Positions 10,783 to 23,290 of a DNA stretch of 64,000 bases are shown here, in pieces. Numbering within the stretch: the first letter of the stretch is position 1; the number at the start of each line of letters is the position of its first letter. The notes under the pieces are model-generated. The model was given only the letters and a program-made list of their open reading frames with translations, was not told the DNA's origin and did not search any database. The position numbers and the translations under genes were made by a program. Origin of the DNA: Mustelus asterias (taxonomy: Eukaryota); the NCBI RefSeq assembly GCF_964213995.1, contig NC_135808.1:108810001-108874000 (forward strand), given 5' to 3'.

Positions 10783-12611
10783 GTATTTAGTTGTATTTAG
10801 CTCCATGCGCTGGATAATTCTGTTGAGTCAAGCTCAAATTTTACATATTTGCTTTTGACTGACAACATTTTGCTTCATTATTCTTAGTTGCTGCTGGCTT
10901 TGCCATTGCACCATACACAGAGAGAATAAACATTGCTTTTGGGGTTCAAATGTGCTGCATAATTGGCAGAAAGCGGAAGTGTTGATTAGGAACCAACAAA
11001 CACAAGGTTTAATTACATCATAGCCCCACACCCATCACCATCCCAGGGCCTATATTTAAAGATATCTCCATCACTGCCCAGACACATACCCTTCACTTCA
11101 CAAGACAAACTGTTAAAAAGAACTGTATCATCTGCTTGCACAGAGGCCTGCAAACAACAAATGAATCAAGATGACTCTTCTTGTGGAAGTGAAGGCTACC
11201 ACAGTTGAATTTCATGCTTATTTTGCTTTCCCAGCTAACTCAAGGGACATGCACAGTCTACAGTGCAAATGTGTAGTAGGCAAATGACAACTCCAGGACC
11301 ATCACTACTTTGGAAAGGATGCATCAGTGTCAAATCTGTATTTTCCCATTCCATAACATCAATAAGACTCAGCACATTCCCAAGAAATTTTCAGTCGCTG
11401 GGGGCAGAATCTTCCATTCTGGATCTAACTCCGGTGGAGGGTGGGTAAGTTGGAGTGATTCCCACTGGGACGGCTGAACACGGGCTATTTAACTAATTCG
11501 TTATACATCAGGAGGATCATAGTAAATCTTGTGGTGGGGCGGGCAGGAAGTCACTCACCCCTCTGTCATCTCATTTGACCGAAGGTCCCGGTGCCATATT
11601 TAAACAGACGCAGGCAATTGTTCACTCATTGCAGGCCAGGAGGTCCACACTGCTCCTTCAGAGTCCTTGCGGCTGCAGCTCTTGCAGCAGAAGCTGGCAG
11701 ATGAGAGCAATCACACCCTGGGACATAAGAGGACACCTCCGACATTGCCTTTCACTCATTTCCAGATAAGAGCACTGCCAGCGATACACCCATGGCTGAG
11801 CTATTGCTCACTATTGCAGTGGATCCTGTTCACCAGCACCTTGACCTGCTGCCTTTTTCTGCTCAGGTCCTTGCTCCTCCTGGATCTTCCATTCAGCATT
11901 TGCCATGCTATATATACATGTATTTGTGTTAATTTTGAGTGAGTTTTTGTGCCAGACCAACAAAGAGATGCTAGTTGTGGGGAATTTAATATTCTCCCAT
12001 TTCTTTATTCCTATGATCAGGAACACATGTTATGAGATCCAAAATAACAGAAAAAGAGCTACATGCAGACCTTTTCTCTGTGCTGCATGAACCAAGTGCC
12101 TTAGTCTCAGCTTCAGGAAAAGAGCCTCCTACTGCACCAGTGTGACATTTCCACTTCCCACGCCAGCTATCCTGTGATTCCTCTGAACGATGTAGATTGC
12201 AGGCAATTTTGTACTGTGCATACATGTTAGAAAGAGATAGAATAACCTGGTGAGTTTATACAATCATGAGTGAAAAGAAGCATTAATGCCAATAGCCATG
12301 ACTGAATTGTAAAGCAAGTGCCCAAAATTAAAATGCACAATGAGTAATGCCGATTTGATACCATTTTAGACCTCGTCTCTCCAGCTAAAGCCATTTCTTA
12401 ACTGCGCAGAGTTGAATTGTGTGCAGTAGAGGGAAATCTCCCTCTGCCCACCCCACTAGCACTATCTGAAGGGATCATCAACAAAGTGCAAGTTGGATAG
12501 CTGCTGCTAGTGGCAGTTTGTGGATGTGTCGGATGCTTGTTGATGATGTCTGCAAGGAGTGGTGCTTGTAGTGACTACAATGGCTCTGGGCACACCACTC
12601 ACTTTCCATCA

Positions 12612-12883
12612 TAAAGTTTAAAGTTTATTTATTAGTGTCACAAGTAGGCTTACATTAACATTGCAATGAAGTTATTGTGAAAATCCCCAAGTCGCCATAC
12701 TCCAGCGCCGTTCAGGTACTCTGAGGGAGAATTTAGCATGGCCAATGCACCTAACCAGCACGTCTTTCGGACTGTGGGAGGAAACTGGAGCACCAAAGGA
12801 AACCCACACAGAACGGGATCGGGGAGAACGTGCAGACTCTGCACAGACAGTGACCCAAGCCGGGAATCGAACCTGGGTCCCTG
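12612..12883 (-). mobile_element. HE1/V-SINE-like SINE, type B tail
   Basis: Shared body GGGTCACTGTCTGTGC(A)GAGT...; tail ...GTAAGCCTACTTGTGACACTAATAAATAAACTTT. Confidence 0.8.
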
Positions 12884-13469
12884 GATGCTAAAGTTGCAAT
12901 TCTCCTTGAGTCAAAGAATGAGAGGGAGATGGTGTGGAGAGAGCAAAGAAGGGGACAAACCGCTCACAGAGGAGGGGAAAGGGTCTCACCAGGAGGCTTT
13001 ATCCACCTCTAATCCTCCAGGAGCATTTTCCCTCCCTCAACTTAAGCCAGAAGCAGTCTGTGCATCATCTGTGAGTCGCAAAGGAAGTGTGACTGGTCTC
13101 TGTCACCTCTTGGATTCAGACATACAGTTTCAAAGCAGGAGCAGGGTAACACTGCCAGTCGCTGTGAGTCCTCCTGGGTTTCTTCACATTGGGATCCTTC
13201 CAGGCTGGAAGAGGTGGCATTTCTAACACCTCTAGTTCACTGTCCACTGCTCCATCAGAGAGATCACAGATTGCCCAGAGAGAGGACTTCATTGTGTGCT
13301 CTCTGAGCGGAGTGAAGCAGGCAGAGCACACACATGGCTTAGCCCGGAAAGCGGAGAGGAGGAAGGCAGGATTGAGCCGGCACTAATGCATTCCATCTGG
13401 GCATCCGTGAGTGACTCTCTCGACTCCAACGAATACAACCCCAGATCCCTTTTGTACAACAGTTGTTTA

Positions 13470-13770
13470 ATTTATTCATGCGATGTGAGGGTGGCTGGCT
13501 AAACCAGCACTTATTGCAAATTCCTAGTTGTCCTTAAGAAGGTGGTAGTGAGCCACATTCTTGAGCTACAGCAGACCATGTGGTGTAGATACTCCCACAA
13601 TGCTGTTAGGAAGGGAGTTCCAGGATTTTGACACAGTGAAGGAATGTGGTGGTATAGTCCCAAGTGTTCTGACTTGGAGGTGAACTTGCAGGTGGTGGTG
13701 TCCCCATGTGTCTGCTGCCCTTGTTCTTCTAGGTGGTAGTGGTTGTGGGTTTGTAGTTGCTGTCATGAAG
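13470..13770 (-). mobile_element. Old LINE 3' end (CR1/L2 group, family uncertain)
   Basis: Similar sequence at about 25385-25545 and 46885-47260. Confidence 0.5.
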
Positions 13771-15494
13771 ATTAGGTTCCATAGAGTTACTGCCATTCTC
13801 CCTCAGCAGTGCCTCAGCAATCTGAGTATCTGCTGAAACACGGATTGCTAGACTATTGCAACACCCTGAAAGCCTTTTTGAGCACTGGTATTCGCAGCTG
13901 AGGTGGCAGCAGTCTGAACTTGCATAACCTCAATCTGAATTGCCACTGCAGCACTCAGACTGGGTGACTCCTGCTGGAGCTGTAACGGAAGCTGAGATCA
14001 GACATCAGATGCTGCATCATGTTCAGCTTCACAAATGTACTCCTGGAGTTGGCCACCACTTGCATGCTGGAAAGGGTGGGCTCCAAGCTCTCTGCAAAAC
14101 CTTGTGCAAAGTTAGAATTGGACTCCTCCATATGTCTTTACAGTGACAGCAAGCTTTCAGGCATGCCTACCAATGCACCAAGCATTTCTGTGTGCATGCC
14201 TCTGTCTATAAGCAGCCCCAATACAGTCCTCTCCTCTGCAGCAGGATTCATTGGCAGCCTGGACCTCCAAGGAGTTGGCACCTGTGCCATCCTTTCCTGC
14301 TGCTCTGGTTGAAACCCACTTGTGCCCAGTAACTGACCATGGGCAGGCCTTGCCTCCGTGTCACCTCTAAAGTATACACAGCTCTAGTATTTGAGTATAC
14401 TGGCTGAGTATGAAATAGAGTGAGAGTACTTCCTCTTTGTCTGTGACTTGTTCCTCCAGGCTCTTGCACCAATTGTTGACCCCCCTGGCAGTCCTTGGAA
14501 CCAGAAGAATAAAGATACAAGGTTAGGATTAGAGTGAAGAGAAGTGAGGCAAGCAAGGGGTGCGTGCTTAGACCTTCAGCAGCTTGCAAATCAGAAGAGA
14601 TTGTGGGATGAATGAAAAGTGGGATTTGAGAAGATGGATTAGGCAGGAACATACTGTTGTCATGGCCGGACTGGCATGACAGTGACTCTTTAAAAAAACT
14701 CTATTTTTAAAAGCTACAAACGCTCCATTTTAAAATTCAAGATGGCGGCTGAAGACTATCAGACTCCAGAGAGAATAAAGAGGCCCCTTTTTCTGATAGT
14801 AACTCAACGTTTGTCAGACCAGGGCCTGAAGTTATTGTTCTGAGGGTGAGTGTACACTCGACAGGAATGAATGTAAAATTCTGCAAAATGACTTTGGACA
14901 TGTGTCTTGACTGATGTCATTGCGCATACATACAATATTGAGGTCAGCAGGCACACAAGCAACTCAGATTCAAGCCAGCCAACAATTAAAGGGTTAATTA
15001 AGGTCATTAACAAGTCTATTGAATGTGATTTTACATTGCCCGAATGAGTTTTCTCTCATCACATGGGCAAAAAGTGTGGGTGGCCAGCACATTTTTATCA
15101 ACTTGTCATCAACTAGTTTCTTCGCAAGTTTGTTGCTGTCTCAGTTCAAAGTCCTGCCAGATTTCCTTTTAATTACTGTAGCTTTTCAAACCTGCCTGGC
15201 TGTATATGAGGGCCTCATCTCCCCTGGAAGGTTTGCTTGAGGATTGCAGCATAGTACACTCTTGGTTGCAAGGAATAGGTCCTTGTGTATCTGATCCAAT
15301 GGGGATAGTATACACAGCTGCCAGGACTTCTTCCGAAGAGGAAGAAAGGGGCAGGAGGGAGAGGAGGCCAGTTGATTGTGGGCAGCATCCCAGGGAGAGA
15401 CCTGTGAGAGGAGAGGCAAAGGCTCTGTTGGTGCAGGTCCAGCAGAGAGATCAAGGTGGGGAGGTAAGCTGCAAATGCCATTACCCAGTAGCTA

Positions 15495-16600
15495 GAGTCC
15501 ACAGACAGTGCTTCAACTACCTCCAAATCTCTGAGGTCCAGTGCCACAGGAGGCCACAACTTAAGAGGGACACAGTGACAGCAATATGCCAGATGATTGG
15601 GCCAGAAATCCCCTTTGTCTGTGAGGGTGGATACCCCATGCTAGTGGCTTTCAAGGTCACAGTGGCCCTCAGCCTGTACTCCATCAGTCTTTTCCAGGAG
15701 TTAGTGGGGGATCAGTGTGGTGTGACCCAATCAACTGCACACAGTCAAGCTCATGACTGATGCTATCTTCAGACATGTTCCCCTGCATCCAGGGTGTATT
15801 AGATTGCACTCATGTGGCCATCAGAGTGCCAGCAGGTGAACAAAGCCTTTGTGAACAAAAAGGACTGCCACTCAATGAATGTTCAGATCATCCACGACCA
15901 CCAGACACAGATTCTCCAAGATTGCGTCCGTTATCCTGGGACATATGGCGGCACGGTAGCACAGTGGTTAGCACTGCTGCTTCACAGCTCCAGGGTCCTG
16001 GGTTCGATTCCCGGCTCGGGTCACTGTCTGTGTGGAGTTTGCACATTCTCCTCGTGTTTGCGTGGGTTTCCTCCGGGTGCTCCGGTTTCCTCCCACAGTC
16101 CAAAGATGTGCGGGTTAGGTTGATTGGCCAGGTTAAAAATTGCCCCTTAGAGTCCTGAGATCTGTAGGTTAGAGGGATTAGCGGGTAAAATATGTGGGGG
16201 TAGGGCCTGGGTGGGATTGTGGTCGGTGCAGACTCGATGGGCCGAATGGCCTCCTTCTGCACTGTAGGGTTTCTATGATTTCTATGACATCACATGACGT
16301 TTACATCTTGCTGAACTCACAAGTACCAAGTCTATTCATGGCTCCTGCATGATTGGATGGTGACAAGGGTTATCCCTTGAAAAGGTGGTTCATGACCCCA
16401 CTCCGATACCCAAGAACAGAGGAGAGATACAATAGGAGTCATCCCTCCACAAGGGTGGCGATGGAGAGGACCGTTGAGCTGCTCAAGATGTGCTTCAGAT
16501 GCCTGGATCAATCAGCATCTACCAGAGTGTGCATCCCTCATAGTCATGGCATACTGTACCCTGCACAACCTACCTCTGGCAAGGGGGAATCCAGTGAAGG
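15495..16600 (+). pseudogene. Harbinger/HARBI1-type DDE transposase relic, split by a SINE
   Basis: KVTVALSLY...GDQCGVTQST, FPCIQGVLDCTHVAI, FVNKKDCHSMNVQI...RYPG[SINE]HD..., [19 protein letters not shown]...[15 protein letters not shown]; frameshifts and stops. Confidence 0.88.
15947..16287 (+). mobile_element. HE1-like SINE, type A (CR1-type) tail
   Basis: GGCGGCACGGTAGCACAGTGG A-box, GGTTCGATTCC B-box, tail ...GATGGGCCGAATGGCCTCCTTCTGCACTGTAGGGTTTCTATGATTTCTATG. Confidence 0.9.
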
Positions 16601-16799
16601 CTGGGGAAAGTGAACAATTCTGCAGGCCAGTGTGGATGACTCCAGTAATGGGTCTGATGAAGACACAAGGTGAGGATGTGGAGGCAGATGAGAGAAACCT
16701 TCACAGAAGCAGGTTCACCAAGGATGTCTTGATCTTGTGAACCTTCAGCTAGGCATTGAAGGCATCGATGCTCCCTCATAGGTGTAAAAATTATATGGG

Positions 16800-17345
16800 G
16801 ATTTGATTTTATTTTGATTTGATTTATTATTGTCACATGCATTAGTATACAGTGAAAAGTATTGTTTCTTGCACTATACAGACAAAGCATATTGTACATA
16901 GAGAAGGAAAGGAGAGGATGCAGAATGCAGGGCCTGTTTTGTGCTGTAGTTTTTCTATGTTTCTATACTTAATAGGATGGAGGGTTATAGGTAGGCCTAA
17001 AAGGTAGAGATATGTTCGGCACAACTTGTGGGGCCGAAGGGCCTGTTTTGTGCTGTAGTTTTTCTATGTTTCTATGTAATGTTACAGTCATAGCTAGGGT
17101 GTAGAGAAAGATCAACTTAATATAAAGTAGGTCCATTCAAAAGTCTGATGGCAGCAGGGAAGAAGCTGTTCTTGAGTTGGTTGATATGTGACCTAAGACT
17201 TTTGTATCTTTTTCCCGATGGAAGAAGGTGCAAGAGAGAATGTCCAGGGTCCGTGGGGTCCTTGATTATGCTGGCTGCTTTTTCGAGGCAGTGGGAAGTG
17301 TTGGCGGAGTCAATGGATGGGAGGTTGGTTCGCGTGACGGACTAG
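16800..17345 (-). mobile_element. Rex1/Babar 3' fragment containing tandem CR1 tail inserts (16929-17076, +)
   Basis: Homologous to 4935-5330; the insert matches the CR1 tail at 55020-55130. Confidence 0.85.
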
Positions 17346-17361
17346 GCTTCATTTTTCAGTT

Positions 17362-17691
17362 CATAGAATCCCCACAGTGCAGAAGAAGGCCCTCCGGCCC
17401 ATCGAGTCTGCACCAACAATAATACCCACCCCAGGCCCTATCCCCACAACCCCACACATTTACCCTGCTAACCCCTCTAATCTACACATCACGGGACACT
17501 ATGGGTAATTTAGCATGGCCAATCAATCTAACCTGCACATCTTTGGACTGTGGGAGGAAACCGGAGCACCCGGAGGAAACCCACACAGACACGGGGAGAA
17601 CGTGCAAACTCCGCACAGACAATGACCCAAGGCGAGAATCGAACCCGGGTGCCTGGAGCTGTGAGGCAGTAGTGCTAACCACTGTGCCACC
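17362..17691 (-). mobile_element. HE1-like SINE, type A
   Basis: Reverse-complement homolog of 15947-16287. Confidence 0.88.
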
Positions 17692-18159
17692 GGGATAGGA
17701 TAGATACAGAGAAACTATCTCCATTGGTGGGGAAATTCAAAACATAGGCACCTTCAAAAAATGGCAGCTCGCTCAGCCACTTAGACAATTTTGAACAGCC
17801 TCATCCCTCAGAGGCTGGAGATGCTGGGTCAATTGTCTTTTTTCAAACTGAGAAGGATAGATATTTGGTAGGTAAGGGTTTCAGAGGATAAGAATTAATG
17901 GCAGTAAAATGGAGTTGAGATACAGATCGACCATAGTCTGATTGAATGACGGAACAAATTTGAGAGGCAGAATGGCCTACTCCTATCCCTACACTGTCTG
18001 CGACTCTGCATTTCACAGCAGTAGTTCTTAATTTAGAAACATAGAAAGTAGGAATAGGAGGAGGCCATTCAGCCCTTTGAGCCTGATCATCCAGCTCAAT
18101 CCCACCTTCCCCCATATCCTTTGATCCGCTTCGCCTCAAGTGCTATATCTGACACTCAG

Positions 18160-18300
18160 ATAAAGGCAAAATACTGCGGATGCTGGAACCTGAAACAAAA
18201 GCAGAAAATGCTGGAAAATTCCAGCAGGTCTGACGGCATCTATAGAGAGCGAATAGAGCCGGACCTGCTGAGATTTTCCAGCATTTTCTGTTTCTGTTGC
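18160..18300. mobile_element. Inverted-arm fragment of a second putative Penelope-like family
   Basis: CAGAAAATGCTGGAAAATTCCAGCAGGTC ... GACCTGCTGAGATTTTCCAGCATTTTCTG plus an unpaired extension on one arm; relatives at about 28935, 37285-37575 and 41150-41250. Confidence 0.55.
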
Positions 18301-18312
18301 TGTGTCTAACTG

Positions 18313-19746
18313 GACTGGAGGATAGCAAATGTTGTCCCCTTGTTCAAAAAGGAGAGTAGTGACAACCCTGGTAATTATAGACCGGAGAGCCTTACTTCTG
18401 TTGTGGGCAAAGTATTGGAAAGGATTATAAGAGATAGGATTTATAATCACCTGGAAAGGAATAATTTGATTAGGGATAGTCAGCACGGTTTTGTGAAGGG
18501 TAGGTCGTGCCTCACAAACCTTATTGAGTTCTTTGAGAAGGTGACCAAAGAGGTGGATGAGGGTAAAGCGGTTGATGTGGTGTATATGGATTTCAGCAAA
18601 GCGTTTGATAAGGTTCCCCATGGTAAGCTTTTGCAGAAAATACAGACACATGGGATTGAGGGTGATTTAGTGGTTTGGATCAGGAATTGGCTAGCTGTAA
18701 GAAAACAGAGGGTGGTGGTTGATGGGAAATATTCATCCTGGAGTTCAGTTACTAGTGGTGTACCGCAAGGATCTGTTTTAGGGCCACTGCTGTTTGTCAT
18801 TTTTATTAATGACCTGGATGAGGGCATAGAAGGATGTGTTAGTAAATTTGCGGATGACACTAAAGTCGGTGGAGTTGTAGACAATGCGGAGGGAAGTGGC
18901 AGGTTACAGAGGGACATAGATAAGCTGCAGAGCCTGGGCTGAGAGGTGGCAAATGGAGTTTAATGTGGAAAAGTGTGAAGTGGTTCACTTTGGAAGGAGT
19001 AACAGGAATACAGAGTACTGGGCTAATGGTAAGATACTTGGCAGTGTGGATGAACAGAGGGATCTGGGTGTCCATGTGCATAGATCCCTGAAAGTTGGCA
19101 CCCAGGTTGATAGGGTTGTTAAGAAGGCATATGGTGTGTTAGCTTTTATTGGGAGAGGGATTGAGTTTCGGAGCCAGGAGGTCATGTTGCAACTGTACAA
19201 AACTCTGGTGCGGCCGCACTTGGAGTATTGCGTACAGTTCTGGTCGCCGCATTATAGGAAGGATGTGGAAGTGTTGGAAAGGGTGCAGAGGAGATTTACC
19301 AGGATGTTGTCTGGTATGGTGGGAAAATCGTATGAGAAAAGGCTGAGGGGCTTGAGGTTGTTTTCGTTAGAGAGAAGGTTAAGAGGTGACTTAATAGAGG
19401 CATACAAGATGATCAGAGGATTTGATAGGGTGGATAGTGAGAGCCTTTTTCCTTGGATAGTGATGGCTAACACGAGGGGACATAGCTTTAAATTGAGGGG
19501 TGATAGATATAGGACAGATGTTAGAGGTAGGTTCTTTACTCAGAGAGTAGTAAGGGCGTGGAATGCCCTGCCTGCAGCAGTAGTGGACTCGTCAACATTA
19601 AGAGCATTCCAATGGTTATTGGATAAACATATGGATGATATTGGAATAGTGTAGATTAGATGGGCTTCAGATTGGTTTCACTGGTCGGCGCAACATTGAG
19701 GGCCGAAGGGCCTGCACTGCGCTGTAATGTTCTATGTTCTATGTTC
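18313..19746 (+). mobile_element. CR1 LINE 3' fragment (1.4 kb)
   Basis: ORFs 18340-18942 and 18953-19654 (one frameshift) with QHGF...SCLTNL, DFSKAFD, FADDTK; TCTAACTG repeated at both ends. Confidence 0.95.
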
Positions 19747-19954
19747 TAACTGCTGATGGAAAACATTCATTTTTTTTGGCCTCAACTACTTTTTGAGGTA
19801 GTGAATTCCACAGGCTGACTACTCTCTGGGTAATTAAGGGAGGATCCCACGCAGAACTTGTAACTGCTTTTAGGGAGGTGAAATGCGTTTTTAAAAAATG
19901 TCACTTATTTCAAACCCAGCATGAATATTTTTTTTATTCATTCGTTGGACGTTT

Positions 19955-20585
19955 TTTAGGTGCCCAGATCACCAACAACCTGTCCTGATCTCCCCATGCC
20001 GATACTATAGTTAAGAAAGCCCACCAACACCTCTACTTTCTCAGAAGACTAAGGAAATTTGGCATGTCAGCTGCGACTCCCACTAACCTTTACAGATGCA
20101 CCATAGAAAGTATTCTTTCTGGTTGTATCACAGCTTGGTATGGCTCCTGCTCTGCCCAAGACCGCAAGGAACTACAAAAGGTCGTGAATGTAGCGCAATC
20201 CATCACGCAAACCAGCCTCCCATCCATTGACTCTGTCTACACTTCCCACTGCTTCGGCAAAGCAACCAGCATAATTAAGGACCCCACGCACCCCGGACAT
20301 TCTCTCTTCCATCTTCTTCCTTCGGGAAAAAGATACAAAAGTCTGAGGTCACATACCAACCCAACTCAAGAACAGCTTCTTCCCTGCTGCTGTCAGACTT
20401 TTGAATGGACTTACTTTGCATTAAGTTAATCTTTCTCTACACCCTAGCTATGACTAACATTACATTTTGCACTCTCTCATTTCCTTCTCTATGAACAGTA
20501 TGTTGTGTCTGTGTAGCTTGCAAGAAACAATACTTTTCACTGTATGTTAATACATGTGACAATAATAAATCAAATCAAATCAAAT
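19955..20585 (+). mobile_element. Rex1/Babar 3' fragment
   Basis: NLYRCTIESILSGCITAWYG; tail GACAATAATAAATCAAATCAAAT. Confidence 0.88.
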
Positions 20586-20897
20586 ACATGGGTGTCACTT
20601 ATTGCCCATCCCTAGTTGCCCTTAGAAGGCAGTTGAGAGTTAACCACATTGCTGTGGCTCTGGCTCTGGAGTCACATGTAAGCCAGACCGGGTAAGGACG
20701 GCAGATTTCCTTCCCTAAAGGACATTAGTGAACCAAATGGGCTTTTCCAACAATGGTTTCATGGTCATCAGTAGATTCTTACTTCCAGATTTTTTTTATT
20801 GGATTCAAATTCCACCATCTGCCGTGGCGGGATTTGAACCCGGATCACCAGAACATTAGCTGAGTTCCTGAATTAACAGTCTAGCGATAAAACCACT
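20586..20897 (-). mobile_element. tRNA-derived SINE of a different family, interrupted by the Rex1 copy
   Basis: B-box GGTTCAAATCC on minus; tail TTATTGCCCATCCCTAGTTGCCCTT shared with the old LINE end at 46925. Confidence 0.55.
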
Positions 20898-21039
20898 TGG
20901 AGATGACAGGATTCAATATCCTCTGGTGTGCTGCGTCCTTTGAATATGATGTGGATATACCGAGGTTTGGCTGTAGGTGTCTCCCTGGAGCAGCAGGTAC
21001 TGGGCTGGCGGGGAGGAGGAGGGGAACTCAAGGCTATGT

Positions 21040-21284
21040 TTATTCCATTTCCTTACCTGCTCACTTCCAAGGGACTTGCACAGAGGAGAGCAACTGAATT
21101 GGATCCTTCAATATCCTTCAGCCACCAGGAGCAGCACACCCACATCAGTTGAATCAGGAAATACATCGCAAAATATATTCAAATCAGGATGTGAAGCCGT
21201 AACAACCTCATAGACCAAGAACTAATCACACACATATATATATATTAGTGAGACCGCTCCTGCCTGAACTTGTTGACAGTGGGA
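21040..21284 (+). promoter_or_regulatory. Putative promoter and 5' UTR of the LRR receptor gene
   Basis: TATATATA run at about 21234-21244, about 40 bp before the ATG; several GGAA/TTCC (Ets-like) words; CpG-richer unique sequence downstream. Confidence 0.4.
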
Positions 21285-21312
21285 ATGGGAGAGTCCGGCA
21301 CAGACACTAAAG
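21285..21312 (+). CDS. Predicted coding exon 1 of LRR transmembrane receptor (MGESGTDTK-G)
   Basis: Kozak-like GGAATGG; donor AAG|GTAAGC in phase 1, matching the phase-1 acceptor at 31474. Confidence 0.7.
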
Positions 21313-22684
21313 GTAAGCAGTGACCGTGAGTTTAAAAACCGAAATCTTCCCGTAAAATCGATCGTATTGTACTTTAATCTTAACTCGTTAAGAATAAATA
21401 TCGAAAATGGATTACCGGGGGTCGAAATTTACAACAGTTTAAACAAAGTAACGATGTTAGGGGCAGTAAAATAAATGTACTTATGGATTACGGGTTCTTG
21501 TGGGAGGAACTTCTGACACTCCTACTCTGCTATCATATAAACATAAATGATGGATTGTAAATCATCCCATTGCGGGTTAGATGTTTCTTGCATTGCTTTG
21601 GTCAGGTGTCAGATTAAGCTCAGATGTGGAGGTTTTAGATCTGAGGGTTGGAAGGGGGTGGAGGGCGGGGAGTTTGAGACTGTTACAGAGAAGTGGCCAG
21701 ACTCAAGAGAATTGCAGACAAACCCTGTGCGACAGGGTTTGGGGGGTGGGGGGTGGTTTGGCCTTTCTGAATACATTTACCATCGGGACAAATATTGTAA
21801 CCACTTCTGGGAGGAACCGGTGTGTCACTTTCCAGTTAGTTTCTCAATCCGAATCAAGCCCACATTAAAATTCGAATTAAAATGAAGATCTAACAAGCCT
21901 TCGAAATTCACTCTACTGAAGAATTGCTCTTTTTCTCGCAAGTGTCGACTTCGCTATTCACTTGCCTCATCAAATTAAATAATTTGCAATGAATAGTGAT
22001 GAATCTACCAGCGGTCATATTGGGAAACCTACAGATTACAAAAGCGGAGACCAGTTTTATTATCAAAGGTTGGGTAGGTGGTTTCACTTTGTGTCACTGG
22101 CTGGTGCTTATTTCATTTTTGGACATATATATTTTTTTAAAACAATGTTATTTAGTTGAGATTAGCATGTTGGAGGACTGGAAGTTAGAAAACTCGAAGT
22201 TAACGCCAGTAATGGAAGTGTTTACCCTGTAGTCCAGGAAACGGACGACAGCTTGAACCCTCCGCCCACATTGGCCCCTTTGGGATGGTAATATATTCAA
22301 AGGGCTGCAATCCATGTCAAAACTGGATTGACTGAGAATGGAACTGTGGAGAATGACAGTCAGGAACACTGAATTCAACTGGATGGTGCCACAATCTATA
22401 CTGAAAGGCATCTCTGCACTTAGTGCTCCCTGGTTTGTACTAACCATTGTGTGGTTTGAAACTTGGGTGGGAGATAGACGGGGGGAGGGGGTGGTGCTGG
22501 GAAACAGGCTGGGCAGAGTGAGCTTGTTTTTCTTCACTTTTCCCATTGTCAGTGTCCCAGCAAGAGGGGTGGTATGTGTGTGTATTGATAATATTAACTA
22601 CTCCCAAGATACAGTCCTTTCACAGCAGAAAACAATGTGCAAATTGGACTGAGTGAGAAACACCAGTTGACCTGGCTTCACTAG

Positions 22685-22983
22685 AGTGACTCTATGGTTA
22701 GCACTGCTGCCTCACAGCACCAGGGACCCAGGTTTGATTCCCGGCTTGGATCACTGTCTGTGCGGAGTTTGCATGTTCTCCCCGTGTCTGCGTGGATTCC
22801 CTCCAGGCACTCCGGTTTCATTCCACAGTCCGAAAAACGTGCTGGTTAGGTGCATTAGCCATGCTAAATTCTCCCTCAGTGTACCCAAACAGGTGCTGGA
22901 GTGTGGCAACTAGAGGATTTTCACAGTAACTTCATTACAATGTAAGCCTACTTGTGACACTAATAAATAAACTTTAAACTTTA
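22685..22983 (+). mobile_element. HE1/V-SINE-like SINE, type B, followed by a Rex1 3' UTR fragment (22984-23230)
   Basis: Shared body and type B tail; the Rex1 UTR matches 20420-20585. Confidence 0.82.
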
Positions 22984-23134
22984 TTAAGCTGATCTTTCTC
23001 TCACCCTATCTGTAACTGCAACATTATATTCTGCACCCTCTCCTTTCCTTCTCCTTTATGCATGTTTTGTCTGTCTAGCTTGCAAGAAACAATACTTTTC
23101 ACTGTACCCCAATATATGAAACAATAATAAATCA

Positions 23135-23209
23135 GTAAGAAGTTTCACAACACCAAGTTATGAGACTTCTTACTGTGCCCACCCCAGTCCAACGCCAGCA
23201 TCTCCACAT
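23135..23209. mobile_element. 75-bp inverted-arm Penelope-like micro-insertion
   Basis: CAGTAAGAAGTTTCA.../...TGAGACTTCTTACTG plus tail; TSD CAATAATAAATCA 23122-23134 / 23210-23222. Confidence 0.85.
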
Positions 23210-23290
23210 CAATAATAAATCAAATCAAATCTATCACTGTAAACTATTTTGAAAGAAAGACCTGCATTGCCCTATGGTGCCTTTCATGAC

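Noticed and set aside
15947-16030. tRNA genes at SINE heads
   Set aside because: A and B boxes are present, but they run directly into the SINE body in about 20 dispersed copies and no complete cloverleaf is evident.
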